From assembly GCA_963746905.1 (NCBI GenBank), contig CAVVCY010000003.1:790057-854056 (forward strand): a stretch of DNA of 64,000 nt, in the 5' to 3' direction. The position numbers and the translations under genes were made by a program. Origin of the DNA: an uncultured Acidobacteriota bacterium (lineage in GTDB: Bacteria > Actinomycetota > Acidimicrobiia > Spongiisociales > ZC4RG35). Shown here one piece after another: positions 37,518 to 47,083 of the stretch; the first letter of the stretch is position 1; every line of letters begins with the position of its first letter. The notes under the pieces were generated by a model. That model was not told where the DNA came from. It did not search any database and was given only the letters and a program-made list of their open reading frames with translations.

Positions 37518-38620
37518 GCTGGCCCGAGTTCGGAATCGTGGCGCTCCGGGTGGTGCTGACCTTCGTGCTGTTGATGGTGGTCACCATCATCAACGTTTGG
37601 GCCGAGCGCAAGATCCTGGCGAAGATGCAGAGCCGGATCGGGCCCAACCGGGCGGGCCCCTTCGGGATCCTGCAAACAGTGGCGGATGGGCTCAAGCTCT
37701 TCTTCAAGGAGGCGGTGACCCCGCGCAAGGTGGAGCTGGGGATGTATCTCCTCGCTCCGTTCCTTGCAGTGATCCCGGCGTTCCTGATCTTCATGATGGT
37801 CCCCTGGGGCAAGCCGTTCATGATCGGCGACTACGAGGTGGCGTTGCAGGGGGCGGACCTCAATGTGGGTCTGCTCTTCATCCTTGCAATGTCCTCCCTA
37901 GCGGTTTACGCCGTGGTCCTGGCGGGATGGTCCTCGGGGTCCAAGTACCCCCTTCTCGGAGGGGTGAGGGCTACCGCCCAGGCGATCTCCTATGAGGCGG
38001 CGATGGGGCTCGCGATGGTGGCAGTCGTGGTGTTCAGCGCGACTCAAGGCGAAGGTGGGACCCTGTCCCTCACCGAGATCGTCGAGCGACAGGCCGGCAA
38101 TTGGGGTGACTTGATCCCGGTCTTGGAACCGGTGCTGCGCTACGTGCCTCGATGGAACGTGCTCCCGCAGATCGTTGCCTTCATCGTCTTCTTCATAGCC
38201 ATCGTCGCCGAGACGAATCGGGCGCCTTTCGATCTGGTGGAAGCGGAGCAGGAGATCGTGGGCGGATTCCACACCGAGTACTCGGGTATGCGGTTCGCCA
38301 TGTTCTTCCTTGCCGAATACGTCAACATCTTTTCGATGTCCGCAATCGCCGCCACCCTATTCCTGGGTGGTTGGAACGGGCCGACCTTCGAGGGTGCCCT
38401 TCCTGGCTTCATCTCTGCTCTGCTGCCAACCATCTACTTCTTGATGAAGACGTATTTCCTGGTTTTCATGTTCTTTTGGATCCGGGCCACGCTTCCCCGA
38501 CTCCGTTATGACCAGCTCATGCAATTGGGCTGGAAGCGCCTCATCCCCGTCGCCCTGGGATGGCTGGTGGTCTCGATCTCTGTCCTCGGGCTTCGCCAAT
38601 TCGGGACTCCCTGGAGCTAG
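37514..38620 (+). CDS. nuoH: NADH-quinone oxidoreductase subunit H
   Basis: [19 protein letters not shown]. Confidence 0.96.
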   Translation: MSWPEFGIVALRVVLTFVLLMVVTIINVWAERKILAKMQSRIGPNRAGPFGILQTVADGLKLFFKEAVTPRKVELGMYLLAPFLAVIPAFLIFMMVPWGKPFMIGDYEVALQGADLNVGLLFILAMSSLAVYAVVLAGWSSGSKYPLLGGVRATAQAISYEAAMGLAMVAVVVFSATQGEGGTLSLTEIVERQAGNWGDLIPVLEPVLRYVPRWNVLPQIVAFIVFFIAIVAETNRAPFDLVEAEQEIVGGFHTEYSGMRFAMFFLAEYVNIFSMSAIAATLFLGGWNGPTFEGALPGFISALLPTIYFLMKTYFLVFMFFWIRATLPRLRYDQLMQLGWKRLIPVALGWLVVSISVLGLRQFGTPWS

Positions 38621-38622
38621 CT

Positions 38623-39279
38623 GTGGGAATGCTGCGCGAGCTCATCAAGGGTCTCCGGGTCACCGGAGGGACGATGTTGCGCACCATCACCGGTGAGGAA
38701 TTGGTCACCACCCAGTATCCCAAGGAGATGCGTGACAAGCCGCAACGGTTCCACGGCCGTCACGTCCTCAACCGATACCCCGACGGCATGGAGAAGTGCA
38801 TTGGATGCGAGCTGTGTGCGGGTGCCTGCCCTGCCAAATGCATCTACGTGCGTGGCATGGACAACGACCCGGCTAACCCGACCTCGCCGGGCGAGCGATA
38901 CGGCTACGTGTACGAGATCAACATGCTGCGGTGCATCTTCTGTGGGCTCTGCGTCGAGGCTTGCCCCACCGAGGCCATCACTATGACCTCCCTCTTCGAG
39001 TTCTCGACCACCAGTCGCCAGGACGCCATCTACACCCGCGAGACCCTGCTGATGGACAAGCGGGGAACTGTCCCCCACATGTTCCCCGATGACGAGCTTG
39101 CCGACATGGAGGAGCTAAACACCGCCGACGGCTGGCTGAGGGCCACTGCGCCCGCCGGGGTCGCTGCCTACGAGGGGATCCAGATGTGGCAGCGGACACC
39201 GGGGCCGGCCGAATGGCCCCCCGAGCCATCTCAGGAAGAGCGTGACCGCCGAAGCGAAACGGGTGAATCCGATGGCTGA
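38623..39279 (+). CDS. nuoI: NADH-quinone oxidoreductase subunit I
   Basis: [24 protein letters not shown]. Confidence 0.96.
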   Translation: MGMLRELIKGLRVTGGTMLRTITGEELVTTQYPKEMRDKPQRFHGRHVLNRYPDGMEKCIGCELCAGACPAKCIYVRGMDNDPANPTSPGERYGYVYEINMLRCIFCGLCVEACPTEAITMTSLFEFSTTSRQDAIYTRETLLMDKRGTVPHMFPDDELADMEELNTADGWLRATAPAGVAAYEGIQMWQRTPGPAEWPPEPSQEERDRRSETGESDG

Positions 39280-39796
39280 GGCCTTGCTGTTCGTGACGAT
39301 GGGCCTTTGTGCCCTTGGGGGAGCCGTGACTGTGGTGGTGGCTCGCAACACGGTCTACTCGGCGATGGGCCTGCTCGCGACCCTGTTCTCGGTGGCGGTG
39401 ATCTATGTGGTCCAGCTCGCCCATCTCGTGGCGGCGGTCCAGGTGATCGTCTACGCCGGGGCAGTGATGACTCTGTTCCTGTTTGTGATCATGCTGATCG
39501 GAGTCGACCTCAGCGAGGACACAGACGAGCGGCTTCCCCGACAGCGGATGTGGGTGGGTGGCGTCGCCGGTCTGATAATCGTCTTGGCGGCGGTGGTGAC
39601 CATCTCAGGGGACTTCGCGTGGGTGCCGGCGGCAGCCGCTGACCCGGTCGCGGAGGCAACGAACGGCACCGTCGAGGCAATCGCCGAGCCGCTGTTCACC
39701 GAGTGGGTCCTTGCCTTCGAGGCCACGGCTCTGCTGCTGACGATCGCGGCGGCCGGGGCAATCGCCCTGGCACAGTTTCGGAGGGTGAGGGCGTAA
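39272..39796 (+). CDS. nuoJ: NADH-quinone oxidoreductase subunit J
   Basis: [17 protein letters not shown]. Confidence 0.94.
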   Translation: MAEALLFVTMGLCALGGAVTVVVARNTVYSAMGLLATLFSVAVIYVVQLAHLVAAVQVIVYAGAVMTLFLFVIMLIGVDLSEDTDERLPRQRMWVGGVAGLIIVLAAVVTISGDFAWVPAAAADPVAEATNGTVEAIAEPLFTEWVLAFEATALLLTIAAAGAIALAQFRRVRA

Positions 39797-40098
39797 TGGT
39801 CGCCCCTGGCTGGTACATGGGCCTGGCTGCGGCCCTGTTCAGCATCGGCGCCCTAGGGATCCTGCTGCGCAGGAATGCCCTGGTGATGTTCATGTGCATC
39901 GAGCTGATGCTCAACGCCGTGAACCTCACACTGATCTCCGCCGGCCGGGCCATGAATGATCTCAACGGCCAGGTTGCGGTGTTCTTCATACTGGTGGTGG
40001 CCGCCGCCGAAGTCGTGGTCGGCCTGGCCATCATCGTGGCCATCTTCCGCCGCCGGGCCACCGCTTCGGTGGACGAGCTGAGCGAGCTGAAAGGTTGA
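39796..40098 (+). CDS. nuoK: NADH-quinone oxidoreductase subunit K
   Basis: [17 protein letters not shown]. Confidence 0.95.
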   Translation: MVAPGWYMGLAAALFSIGALGILLRRNALVMFMCIELMLNAVNLTLISAGRAMNDLNGQVAVFFILVVAAAEVVVGLAIIVAIFRRRATASVDELSELKG

Positions 40099-41982
40099 GC
40101 TCCTACATTTGGCTTGTCATCGCCCTTCCCCTCGCCGGGGCGGTCTTCCTCCACTTCTTCGGGCGTCGCTTGGGCGAGCCTCTCAGTGGTTGGCTCGCCT
40201 CAGCTGCCATCGGCGGGGCATTCGTGGTTGCCTTGATCGCTGCGATCCCATTCTTTGGGGGCGGCGAGTCGGGGACGGTCACCGTCCTCTGGCAATGGAT
40301 GCCGGCTGTGGGAGCCAGTATGGAGCTCCTCTGGGACCCGCTGGCTGCGCTGATGGCCCTGGTGGTGACGGGTGTGGGCACCCTGATCCACGTATTCGCC
40401 ATCGGCTACATGCACGGGGATGAGCGGTTCCCCCGATTCTTCACCTATCTGAACCTCTTCGCGGCCTCGATGCTTACGTTGGTCCTGGCGGGCAACTACG
40501 CCATGCTTTTCCTGGGCTGGGAACTGGTCGGCCTTTGCTCTTATTTGCTCATCGGCTTCTGGTTCACCCGCCCCACTGCCGCTGCAGCCGCCAAGAAGGC
40601 CTTCATCGTCAACAGAATCGGGGACTTCGGCTTCGTTGTGGCGTTGATGCTCGTCTTCACCACATTCGGCACCCTGTCCTATTCGGGGGTGTTCGAGAGG
40701 GCCGGGGCCGAACTGACCACCGGCATGGCGACTGCCATTGGTCTGCTGATCCTGGTCGGGGCTGCCGGCAAGTCCGCCCAGATCCCCCTCTACGTGTGGC
40801 TCCCCGACGCGATGGAGGGCCCGACGCCGGTCTCGGCCCTCATCCATGCCGCAACCATGGTCACGGCCGGCGTGTACGTCATCGCTCGCTCGGCGGCCAT
40901 CTACCAACTCTCGCCGGTCGCTCAGATCACGGTCGCCACCATTGGGGCCTTCACTGCGATCTGGGCGGCCTCGATTGCCATTTCGCAGACGGGACATCAA
41001 GCGGGTTCTGGCCTATTCAACGATTTCCCAACTCGGCTACATGTTCCTGGCGGTCGGCACCACCGCCTACGTAGCCGGGATCTTCCACCTGATGACCCAT
41101 GCCGTCTTCAAGGCCTTGCTCTTCCTCGGTGCGGGCTCGGTGATCCACGCGATGACCGATGAGCAGGACATGCACAAGATGGGTGGCTTGTTCAGGAAGG
41201 TGCCAATCACGGCGATCACGATGGGCATCGCCACCCTGGCCATCAACGGAATTCCGCCGTTTTCGGGGTTCTGGTCCAAGGACGAGATCCTGGCTTCGGT
41301 CTATGCCCGAGGTGGTTGGTTCTCGGTTCTCTGGGTGATCGGCCTGGTCACAGCATTGATGACGGCCTTCTACATGACCAGGCAGTGGGTCTTGGTCTTC
41401 CTTGGGGAGCCGCGCTGGGACGAGGGCAAGCACCCTCACGAGTCTCCCCGGGTGATGACCACCCCGCTCATCGCTCTCGCCGGTCTGGCCGTCATCGCGG
41501 GCATCATCAACACTCCGTTTGGCACCAAGCTCGAGACATTTCTCGAGCCGAGCTTCGAAGGGATCTCGATGCAGCATCCGCCGGATGACGCCTTCTTGTT
41601 GGTGGTCCTCTCCGGGTTGGCGGTGCTGGCCGCAGTTGGAGGGATCGCCGCGGCATACCTCACCTACCGGAGGCCCAAGGAGCGCTGGCTCGATTTCGAA
41701 CATGGCCTCCAGCCGGTCTGGGGGATGTGGGAGTCTGCCTATCGGATCGATGACCTATACGGGGCCACCCTGGTCGCGCCGGGAAAGAAGATGGCCGATG
41801 TCACCGCCTTCGACTTCGACGTCGAGGTCATCGACGGCGCGGTCAACGGTGTGGGGCGTGTGGTCCGGAATGCCGGTGCCTGGGCTCGAACCTTGCAGAC
41901 CGGATACGTCCGCAACTACGGGGTTTTGTTCCTGGGCGGGGCGCTGGTGATCGTGATTTGGCTGACGGTGGGCGGATCATGA
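40095..41982 (+). CDS. nuoL: NADH-quinone oxidoreductase subunit L; one extra G near 40991 splits the frame
   Basis: [21 protein letters not shown] in the first ORF; [15 protein letters not shown] in the second. Confidence 0.93.
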
Positions 41983-42143
41983 TGGTTTGCAGGCCGACTG
42001 TTTCCTCCCCCAGGAGCGGCAGCGACGTTGGGGGAGGTGGCCCGAAGGGCCGGAGGGGGTTCGTGAGTACGGCTGCCCCCCTCCCCGCCTCCGGCGGTAC
42101 TCCCCCCAAACTCACTTCGTTCGAGGGGGGAGAAACATGCTGA
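41979..42143 (+). CDS. Repeat-derived 54-aa mini-ORF bridging nuoL and nuoM
   Basis: ATG overlaps the nuoL stop; TGA lies just inside the nuoM start (ATGCTGA). Confidence 0.35.
   Translation: MMVCRPTVSSPRSGSDVGGGGPKGRRGFVSTAAPLPASGGTPPKLTSFEGGETC
41998..42136. repeat. Inverted doublet of REP-like units
   Basis: Unit 41998-42059 (minus) and unit 42074-42136 (plus), each CCCCCTCC-hairpin-CTCCCCC-loop-GGGGGAG(G)AAAC. Confidence 0.9.
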
Positions 42144-43663
42144 CCGCCCTCATCCTGCTTCCGGTGGCCGGCGCCGTGGTCCTGGCCCTGGTTCCGTCCC
42201 GGCGTCGGGAGCTCCACCTTCCCCTCGGAATCGCCCTCTCCATCGCTCCGCTGGCGCTGGCCGGCTATCTGTTCTGGGTCTTCGAGCCCTCAGCCCAATA
42301 CCAATTCGTCGAGCGTGCCGTCTGGTACGAGCCGTGGGGGATCAGCTGGTACCTGGGGTTGGATGGGATCTCGTTGCCGATGATCGCTCTCACCGCCCTC
42401 CTGGTCCCCATCGCGTTGGGGGCGTCGACTTCGATCACTGAACGGACCAAGGAGTTTGTCATCTTCACTCTCCTCCTCGAGGCCGGGATGATCGGCTCCT
42501 TCCTCGCTCTCGACCTCTTTCTCTTCTTCGTCTTCTTCGAGGCGATCCTGATCCCCATGTACTTCATCATCGGGATCTGGGGTGGGGAGAGGAGGGTCTA
42601 CGCCGCTGTCAAATTCTTCATCTATACCGCCTTCGGGTCTGCCCTGCTCCTGGCGGCGATCATCGCCCTGGCCTCCATACACGCATCGCAATTCGGTGCC
42701 CCCTCGTTCGCGATCGACGACCTGATGAAGCTCGACCTGAACTCGGGGACGGCGACCTGGCTGTTTGCGGCGTTCGCGGTCGCCTTTGCGATAAAGGTTC
42801 CCCTGTTCCCGCTGCACACCTGGCTCCCCGACGCCCATGTCGAGGCGCCAACTGCGGGATCGGTGCTGTTGGCGGGAGTGTTGTTGAAGCTGGGCACCTA
42901 CGGCCTGCTCCGTTTCAACGTTGGCCTGTTCCCGGAAACCTCGGTCGACGCCGTTCAGATCATGGGCATCGTCGCGGTGATCGGGATCATCTACGGGGCC
43001 GTGGTGGCAATCGTTCAGCCCGATCTCAAGAAACTCGTCGCCTATTCGTCAGTGAGCCATCTTGGTTTCATCGTGCTCGGCACCTTCGCCCTCACCTCGG
43101 GGAGCCTCCAGGGCGCCGTGATACAGAACGTCAATCACGGCCTGACAACCGGCGCGCTGTTCCTCCTGGTGGGGATGATCTATGAGCGTCGCCACACCAA
43201 GCAGATCTCCGACTTCGGAGGCCTCCAAAAGGTGATGCCCCTGTTTGCGGGGTTCTTCCTGTTCATGGTTTTCGCCTCGATCGGCCTGCCCGGGCTCAAC
43301 GGCTTCGTGGGTGAGTTCCTGGTTCTGATCGGCAGCTATGCGACTCTGCCCGCTCTCGCCGTGCTCGCCGCAACCGGTGTCGTCCTCGCTGCGATCTACC
43401 TGCTCTGGGCTTACGAGCGGGTGTTCACGGGCGTGCCGGACAAGGAAGCCAACCTTGCTCTGAAGGACCTCTCGGTTCGGGAGATCTCCCTGCTGGCGCC
43501 TCTGGTGATCCTGGTCCTGGTGATCGGCCTCTACCCGGCGGTGCTCCTCGACAAGATCACGCCATCCACCGAGGCAGTCCTCGATCGGATCGAGTCGACC
43601 ACGAATTACGTCATCCCGGCGCCGGGCCGGATCTCCGACGTGGTCGTGGAGGCCACAGAATGA
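42137..43663 (+). CDS. nuoM: NADH-quinone oxidoreductase subunit M
   Basis: KVPLFPLHTWLPDAH, LLKLG.YG. Confidence 0.96.
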   Translation: MLTALILLPVAGAVVLALVPSRRRELHLPLGIALSIAPLALAGYLFWVFEPSAQYQFVERAVWYEPWGISWYLGLDGISLPMIALTALLVPIALGASTSITERTKEFVIFTLLLEAGMIGSFLALDLFLFFVFFEAILIPMYFIIGIWGGERRVYAAVKFFIYTAFGSALLLAAIIALASIHASQFGAPSFAIDDLMKLDLNSGTATWLFAAFAVAFAIKVPLFPLHTWLPDAHVEAPTAGSVLLAGVLLKLGTYGLLRFNVGLFPETSVDAVQIMGIVAVIGIIYGAVVAIVQPDLKKLVAYSSVSHLGFIVLGTFALTSGSLQGAVIQNVNHGLTTGALFLLVGMIYERRHTKQISDFGGLQKVMPLFAGFFLFMVFASIGLPGLNGFVGEFLVLIGSYATLPALAVLAATGVVLAAIYLLWAYERVFTGVPDKEANLALKDLSVREISLLAPLVILVLVIGLYPAVLLDKITPSTEAVLDRIESTTNYVIPAPGRISDVVVEATE

Positions 43664-45120
43664 TCGTCACTCCCGAGGTCTCCTGGATTGCCATCGGCCC
43701 CGATATCGCCCTCGCCCTTGGCGCTGCGGCAGTGCTGTTGGTCGAGGTGCAGTGGAAGCCCCGCGCTCGGGTCCTTGGGTATGTGACCGCGGCCACCCTG
43801 GCCATCGCCGCAGGGCTCTCGGTCCTGCAATGGTCGTCTGCCGGGGATGCGGTTGCCACCGGCAGCACCGACACACTGGTTGCCTTTTCGGGGCTGGTCA
43901 CGATGGACGGTCTTGCCATCTTTGCCCGCTTCGCCTTGCTGATCGCCACCGGGCTCGGTCTTCTCGCCGGCTGGCGTTTCGTCGAGGGTCTCGGTCGGAG
44001 GGCCGCCGAAGCCCTTGCTCTCGTGCTCCTGGCGACCACCGGATTTTCGATCATGGTTGCCTCCAACAGCCTGGTGATGATGTTCCTCGGGCTAGAGGTT
44101 GGCTCCATCGCCCTCTATGTGCTGGCGGGGCTGACCAGGGAGCGCGCCGAATCCGACGAGGCTGCGATCAAGTACTTCCTGCTCGGCTCGTTCGCCTCCG
44201 CACTCTTCATCTATGGCGTGGCCCTTCTCTATGCCGGCACCGGCTTCTTCGAGATCCTCGACATCCGCCAGTATCTGTCCGGCGTCATCGTGCGGAGCCC
44301 GGCCGTGATCGACATCGGTCTAGGGCTCATCGTCGCCGGGCTCGGGTTCAAGGTTTCGGCGGCTCCGTTCCACACCTGGGCGCCAGATGTCTATCAGGGT
44401 GCGCCCGCCGGCATAGTCGGCTACATGGCGGCGGTCGCCAAGATCGCCGGTTTCGTCGCCATCGCCCGGGTGCTGTTGGTTGCTCTCGGCGAGTTCGACG
44501 CCACCTGGCTGCCTGTTGTTGCCGGAGTCGCCGCCCTCTCGATGCTCGTCGGAGCGGTGCTGGCCCTGGTACAGGGCGACGTTCGGAGGATGCTCGCCTA
44601 TTCAGGGGTCGCGCATGCCGGGTTCATCATGACCGGAGTCGTCGGAGGAGCGACCGATGGGGTCCTGTTCTATCTGGCGATCTACTCGATCCAACTGGTT
44701 GGGGCCTTCGCCGTTGTGGCGGTCGTCAGTGGGTTCAGCGGGGCCAGGTCCTCGATAGATGAGTACCGGGGCCTGGCTCGTCGCAGTCCGGCACTCGCGG
44801 CCTGTTTCACTGTGCTCCTGCTCGGGATGGCCGGGCTGCCGCTCACGTCCGGGTTCATCGCCAAGTTTGGTGTCTTTTCGGACGCCTGGGCCAACGAGTA
44901 TCAGTGGCTCGTGGTGGTGGCCGTACTCGCGTCGGTGATCGCATTCGCCTTCTACATCCGGCTGATCGTCGTGATGTACATGGACGAGGGCGAAGGGGAG
45001 AGGTTCAAAGTCATCGGCTCGGTGCGGTGGGTGCTGGGCCTCGCCGTACTGGCCACTCTTGTGTGGGGCATTTTCCCCGCCTCCCTCCTCCAGTTGGCAG
45101 CGGATGCGTTACCGCTATAA
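43660..45120 (+). CDS. nuoN: NADH-quinone oxidoreductase subunit N
   Basis: EAAIKYF, FKVSAAPFH.W.PDVYQGAP. Confidence 0.96.
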   Translation: MIVTPEVSWIAIGPDIALALGAAAVLLVEVQWKPRARVLGYVTAATLAIAAGLSVLQWSSAGDAVATGSTDTLVAFSGLVTMDGLAIFARFALLIATGLGLLAGWRFVEGLGRRAAEALALVLLATTGFSIMVASNSLVMMFLGLEVGSIALYVLAGLTRERAESDEAAIKYFLLGSFASALFIYGVALLYAGTGFFEILDIRQYLSGVIVRSPAVIDIGLGLIVAGLGFKVSAAPFHTWAPDVYQGAPAGIVGYMAAVAKIAGFVAIARVLLVALGEFDATWLPVVAGVAALSMLVGAVLALVQGDVRRMLAYSGVAHAGFIMTGVVGGATDGVLFYLAIYSIQLVGAFAVVAVVSGFSGARSSIDEYRGLARRSPALAACFTVLLLGMAGLPLTSGFIAKFGVFSDAWANEYQWLVVVAVLASVIAFAFYIRLIVVMYMDEGEGERFKVIGSVRWVLGLAVLATLVWGIFPASLLQLAADALPL

Positions 45121-46288
45121 GCCGCTGGTCCTCGCCGCCCTGACCATCTGCTTTCTCGTAGCTCTGGGCGGTACCGCTTTTGCCGCTGAGACGTCATCGT
45201 CTGACCTCGTGATCATCCCGGAGGGCGACACCGTCTCCGACGATCTCTATGCCACCGGGCTCAAGGTTCTCGTTGAAGGGACCGTCGATGGCGACCTGAT
45301 TGCGTTCGCAGCCGAAGAGGTCGTTATCTCGGGGCAGGTGACCGGAAATGTCATCGCCATCGCTCCCAAGGTGACCATCGAGGGCTCAGTCACCAAATCG
45401 GTGCGGGCCACCGGCAGGGTGTTGGAGGTCACAGGTGACATCGGCGGTGACGTCGTGGCGGCCGTGGCCAAGGCCACGTTCGCGCCGTCGTCCAAGGTGA
45501 CCGGAGACGTCGTTGTCTGGGGTCTCACCGTGAGCGCCTCCGGCTCGATCGGCGGGGACCTTAAGGGCACACAGCGCCGGGTCGACCTGGAGGGGGAGGT
45601 GGGGGGAGACGTCAACCTGAGTGTGGGCAAGCTGACCATCACCGGACCACTGTCAGTTGGCGGCGATCTCGACTACCGGTCGGGTGTGGAGGCGTCCGGA
45701 TTGGACCAGGCCACCGTCGGGGGCGCTGTGGTCCACAAAACCCCGGTGCCTCCCAACATCAGGCTACGTGCTCTCAGCCTGCTCACCAGGATCCTGGTGG
45801 TGCTCGGTCTCTCTGCCGCCGCCCTCCTCGTGGCCTTGGGTTGGCCCGAGCGCACCTCCAAGGCGGGCGACATGGCTAGAACGCGGCTACTGAAGGCTTT
45901 GGGACGGGGGGCTCTGGTCATCCTCACGCCGGTCCTGTTGACCGCGGTTGTGGCCCTGATCGTTGCCCTGGCGCCCGCCTCAGCCAGTCTTCCGTTGCTC
46001 GCCATCTTCGTCCCCTTGATCCTGGTTACCGCCGGGATCGTGCTGGTGATGTGCCTCGTCGTCGGGGTACCCGCGGTCCTCGTCATCGGGCGGGCGCTTC
46101 CCGGCGAGCGGGGGATGTTTGGTGCTATTGCCCTCGGCTCCCTTCTGGCCGGGGTTGTTTGGATGATTCCCCTGGTCGGTTGGATCGTGCCTCTGATCGT
46201 CCTTCCCTGGGGCCTCGGCGCCTGGCTGCTCACCTTCAGGTCTGAGAGGGCTGAAGACTCCAACACCGTAAGTATTGACTTACCGTAA
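45104..46288 (+). CDS. Bactofilin-like beta-helix repeat protein with C-terminal membrane domain
   Basis: Signal peptide, repeated (V/I).G.V.GD motifs, several C-terminal TM helices. Confidence 0.75.
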   Translation: MRYRYKPLVLAALTICFLVALGGTAFAAETSSSDLVIIPEGDTVSDDLYATGLKVLVEGTVDGDLIAFAAEEVVISGQVTGNVIAIAPKVTIEGSVTKSVRATGRVLEVTGDIGGDVVAAVAKATFAPSSKVTGDVVVWGLTVSASGSIGGDLKGTQRRVDLEGEVGGDVNLSVGKLTITGPLSVGGDLDYRSGVEASGLDQATVGGAVVHKTPVPPNIRLRALSLLTRILVVLGLSAAALLVALGWPERTSKAGDMARTRLLKALGRGALVILTPVLLTAVVALIVALAPASASLPLLAIFVPLILVTAGIVLVMCLVVGVPAVLVIGRALPGERGMFGAIALGSLLAGVVWMIPLVGWIVPLIVLPWGLGAWLLTFRSERAEDSNTVSIDLP

Positions 46289-46303
46289 GTCAACGCTTAC
46301 GAT
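46267..46303 (+). promoter_or_regulatory. Promoter with palindromic operator for the ArsR gene
   Basis: cgtaag..ttgacttac-c-gtaagtcaa..cttacg covering TTGACT-N17-TACGAT; leaderless GTG at 46310. Confidence 0.8.
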
Positions 46304-46309
46304 AGCCGA

Positions 46310-46615
46310 GTGCTTGCCACTGCCCAGTTCGAGGCTCTTGGGGATGCGACCAGACGTGATGTCATGGGGATACTTCTCGAGCGTCCGCGGTCCGTTGGCG
46401 ATATCGCGGCTCGGTTGCCGGTCAGCCGCCCAGCGGTCTCACAACATCTCAAGGTGTTGGAGGGATCGGGTTTAGTGACCCATCGGGCCGAGGGAACACG
46501 TCGTATCTACTCCACCTCGGCGTCGGGGCTGGCCGAGTTGCGGCTTGCGATCGAACAGATGTGGGATGAATCGCTGGCCCGGTTTGCCGCGGCCGCAGAA
46601 GAGAAGGATTCATGA
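46310..46615 (+). CDS. ArsR/SmtB family regulator
   Basis: AL.D.TRR, SRPAVSQHLKVL. Confidence 0.92.
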   Translation: MLATAQFEALGDATRRDVMGILLERPRSVGDIAARLPVSRPAVSQHLKVLEGSGLVTHRAEGTRRIYSTSASGLAELRLAIEQMWDESLARFAAAAEEKDS

Positions 46616-47064
46616 GCACAGGGAAGATTCCAGCGGTGCTTCGCTCGGTTGAAGTGTCGATTCCACCGGAGCGCGCCTTCGAAGTGTTCACCCGCCGCAT
46701 GGGTGAGTGGTGGCCGTTGCATACTCACTCGATAGCTGAGAAACGGGCCATGAACGTGAGATTCGAGGAATGGGCCGGGGGCAAAGTGTTCGAGGTTGTC
46801 GATGACGGCACCGAGTGGGAATGGGCCGAGGTCCTGACATGGGAGCCGCCACATCTACTGGTGCTCGCCTGGCACCCCACCGAGAGGCCAACTGTGTCGA
46901 CCGAGGTCGAGGTGCGGTTCACCGGATTCGACGGTGGCACCCGAGTCGAGCTGGAACACCGGGGTTGGGAGCGCCTCGGGGACCTCGCGATGACGGCACG
47001 TGTGGACTACGACCAGGGGTGGTTGCCGGTGCTGGGCTTGTATCAGGGGATGGCCAATGGTTGA
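46612..47064 (+). CDS. SRPBCC/AHSA1 domain protein
   Basis: WWP, WEPP, TEVEVRF, TRVELEHRGW. Confidence 0.9.
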   Translation: MSTGKIPAVLRSVEVSIPPERAFEVFTRRMGEWWPLHTHSIAEKRAMNVRFEEWAGGKVFEVVDDGTEWEWAEVLTWEPPHLLVLAWHPTERPTVSTEVEVRFTGFDGGTRVELEHRGWERLGDLAMTARVDYDQGWLPVLGLYQGMANG

Positions 47065-47083
47065 CCAGCAACTGCTTGATCGG

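Noticed and set aside
40985-41000. Programmed frameshift or pseudogene in nuoL
   Set aside because: No slippery heptamer; one extra G in an otherwise intact operon is more likely an error.
41987-42136. N-terminal extension of NuoM in the ORF track
   Set aside because: It is translated repeat sequence; the ATG at 42137 gives a normal NuoM.
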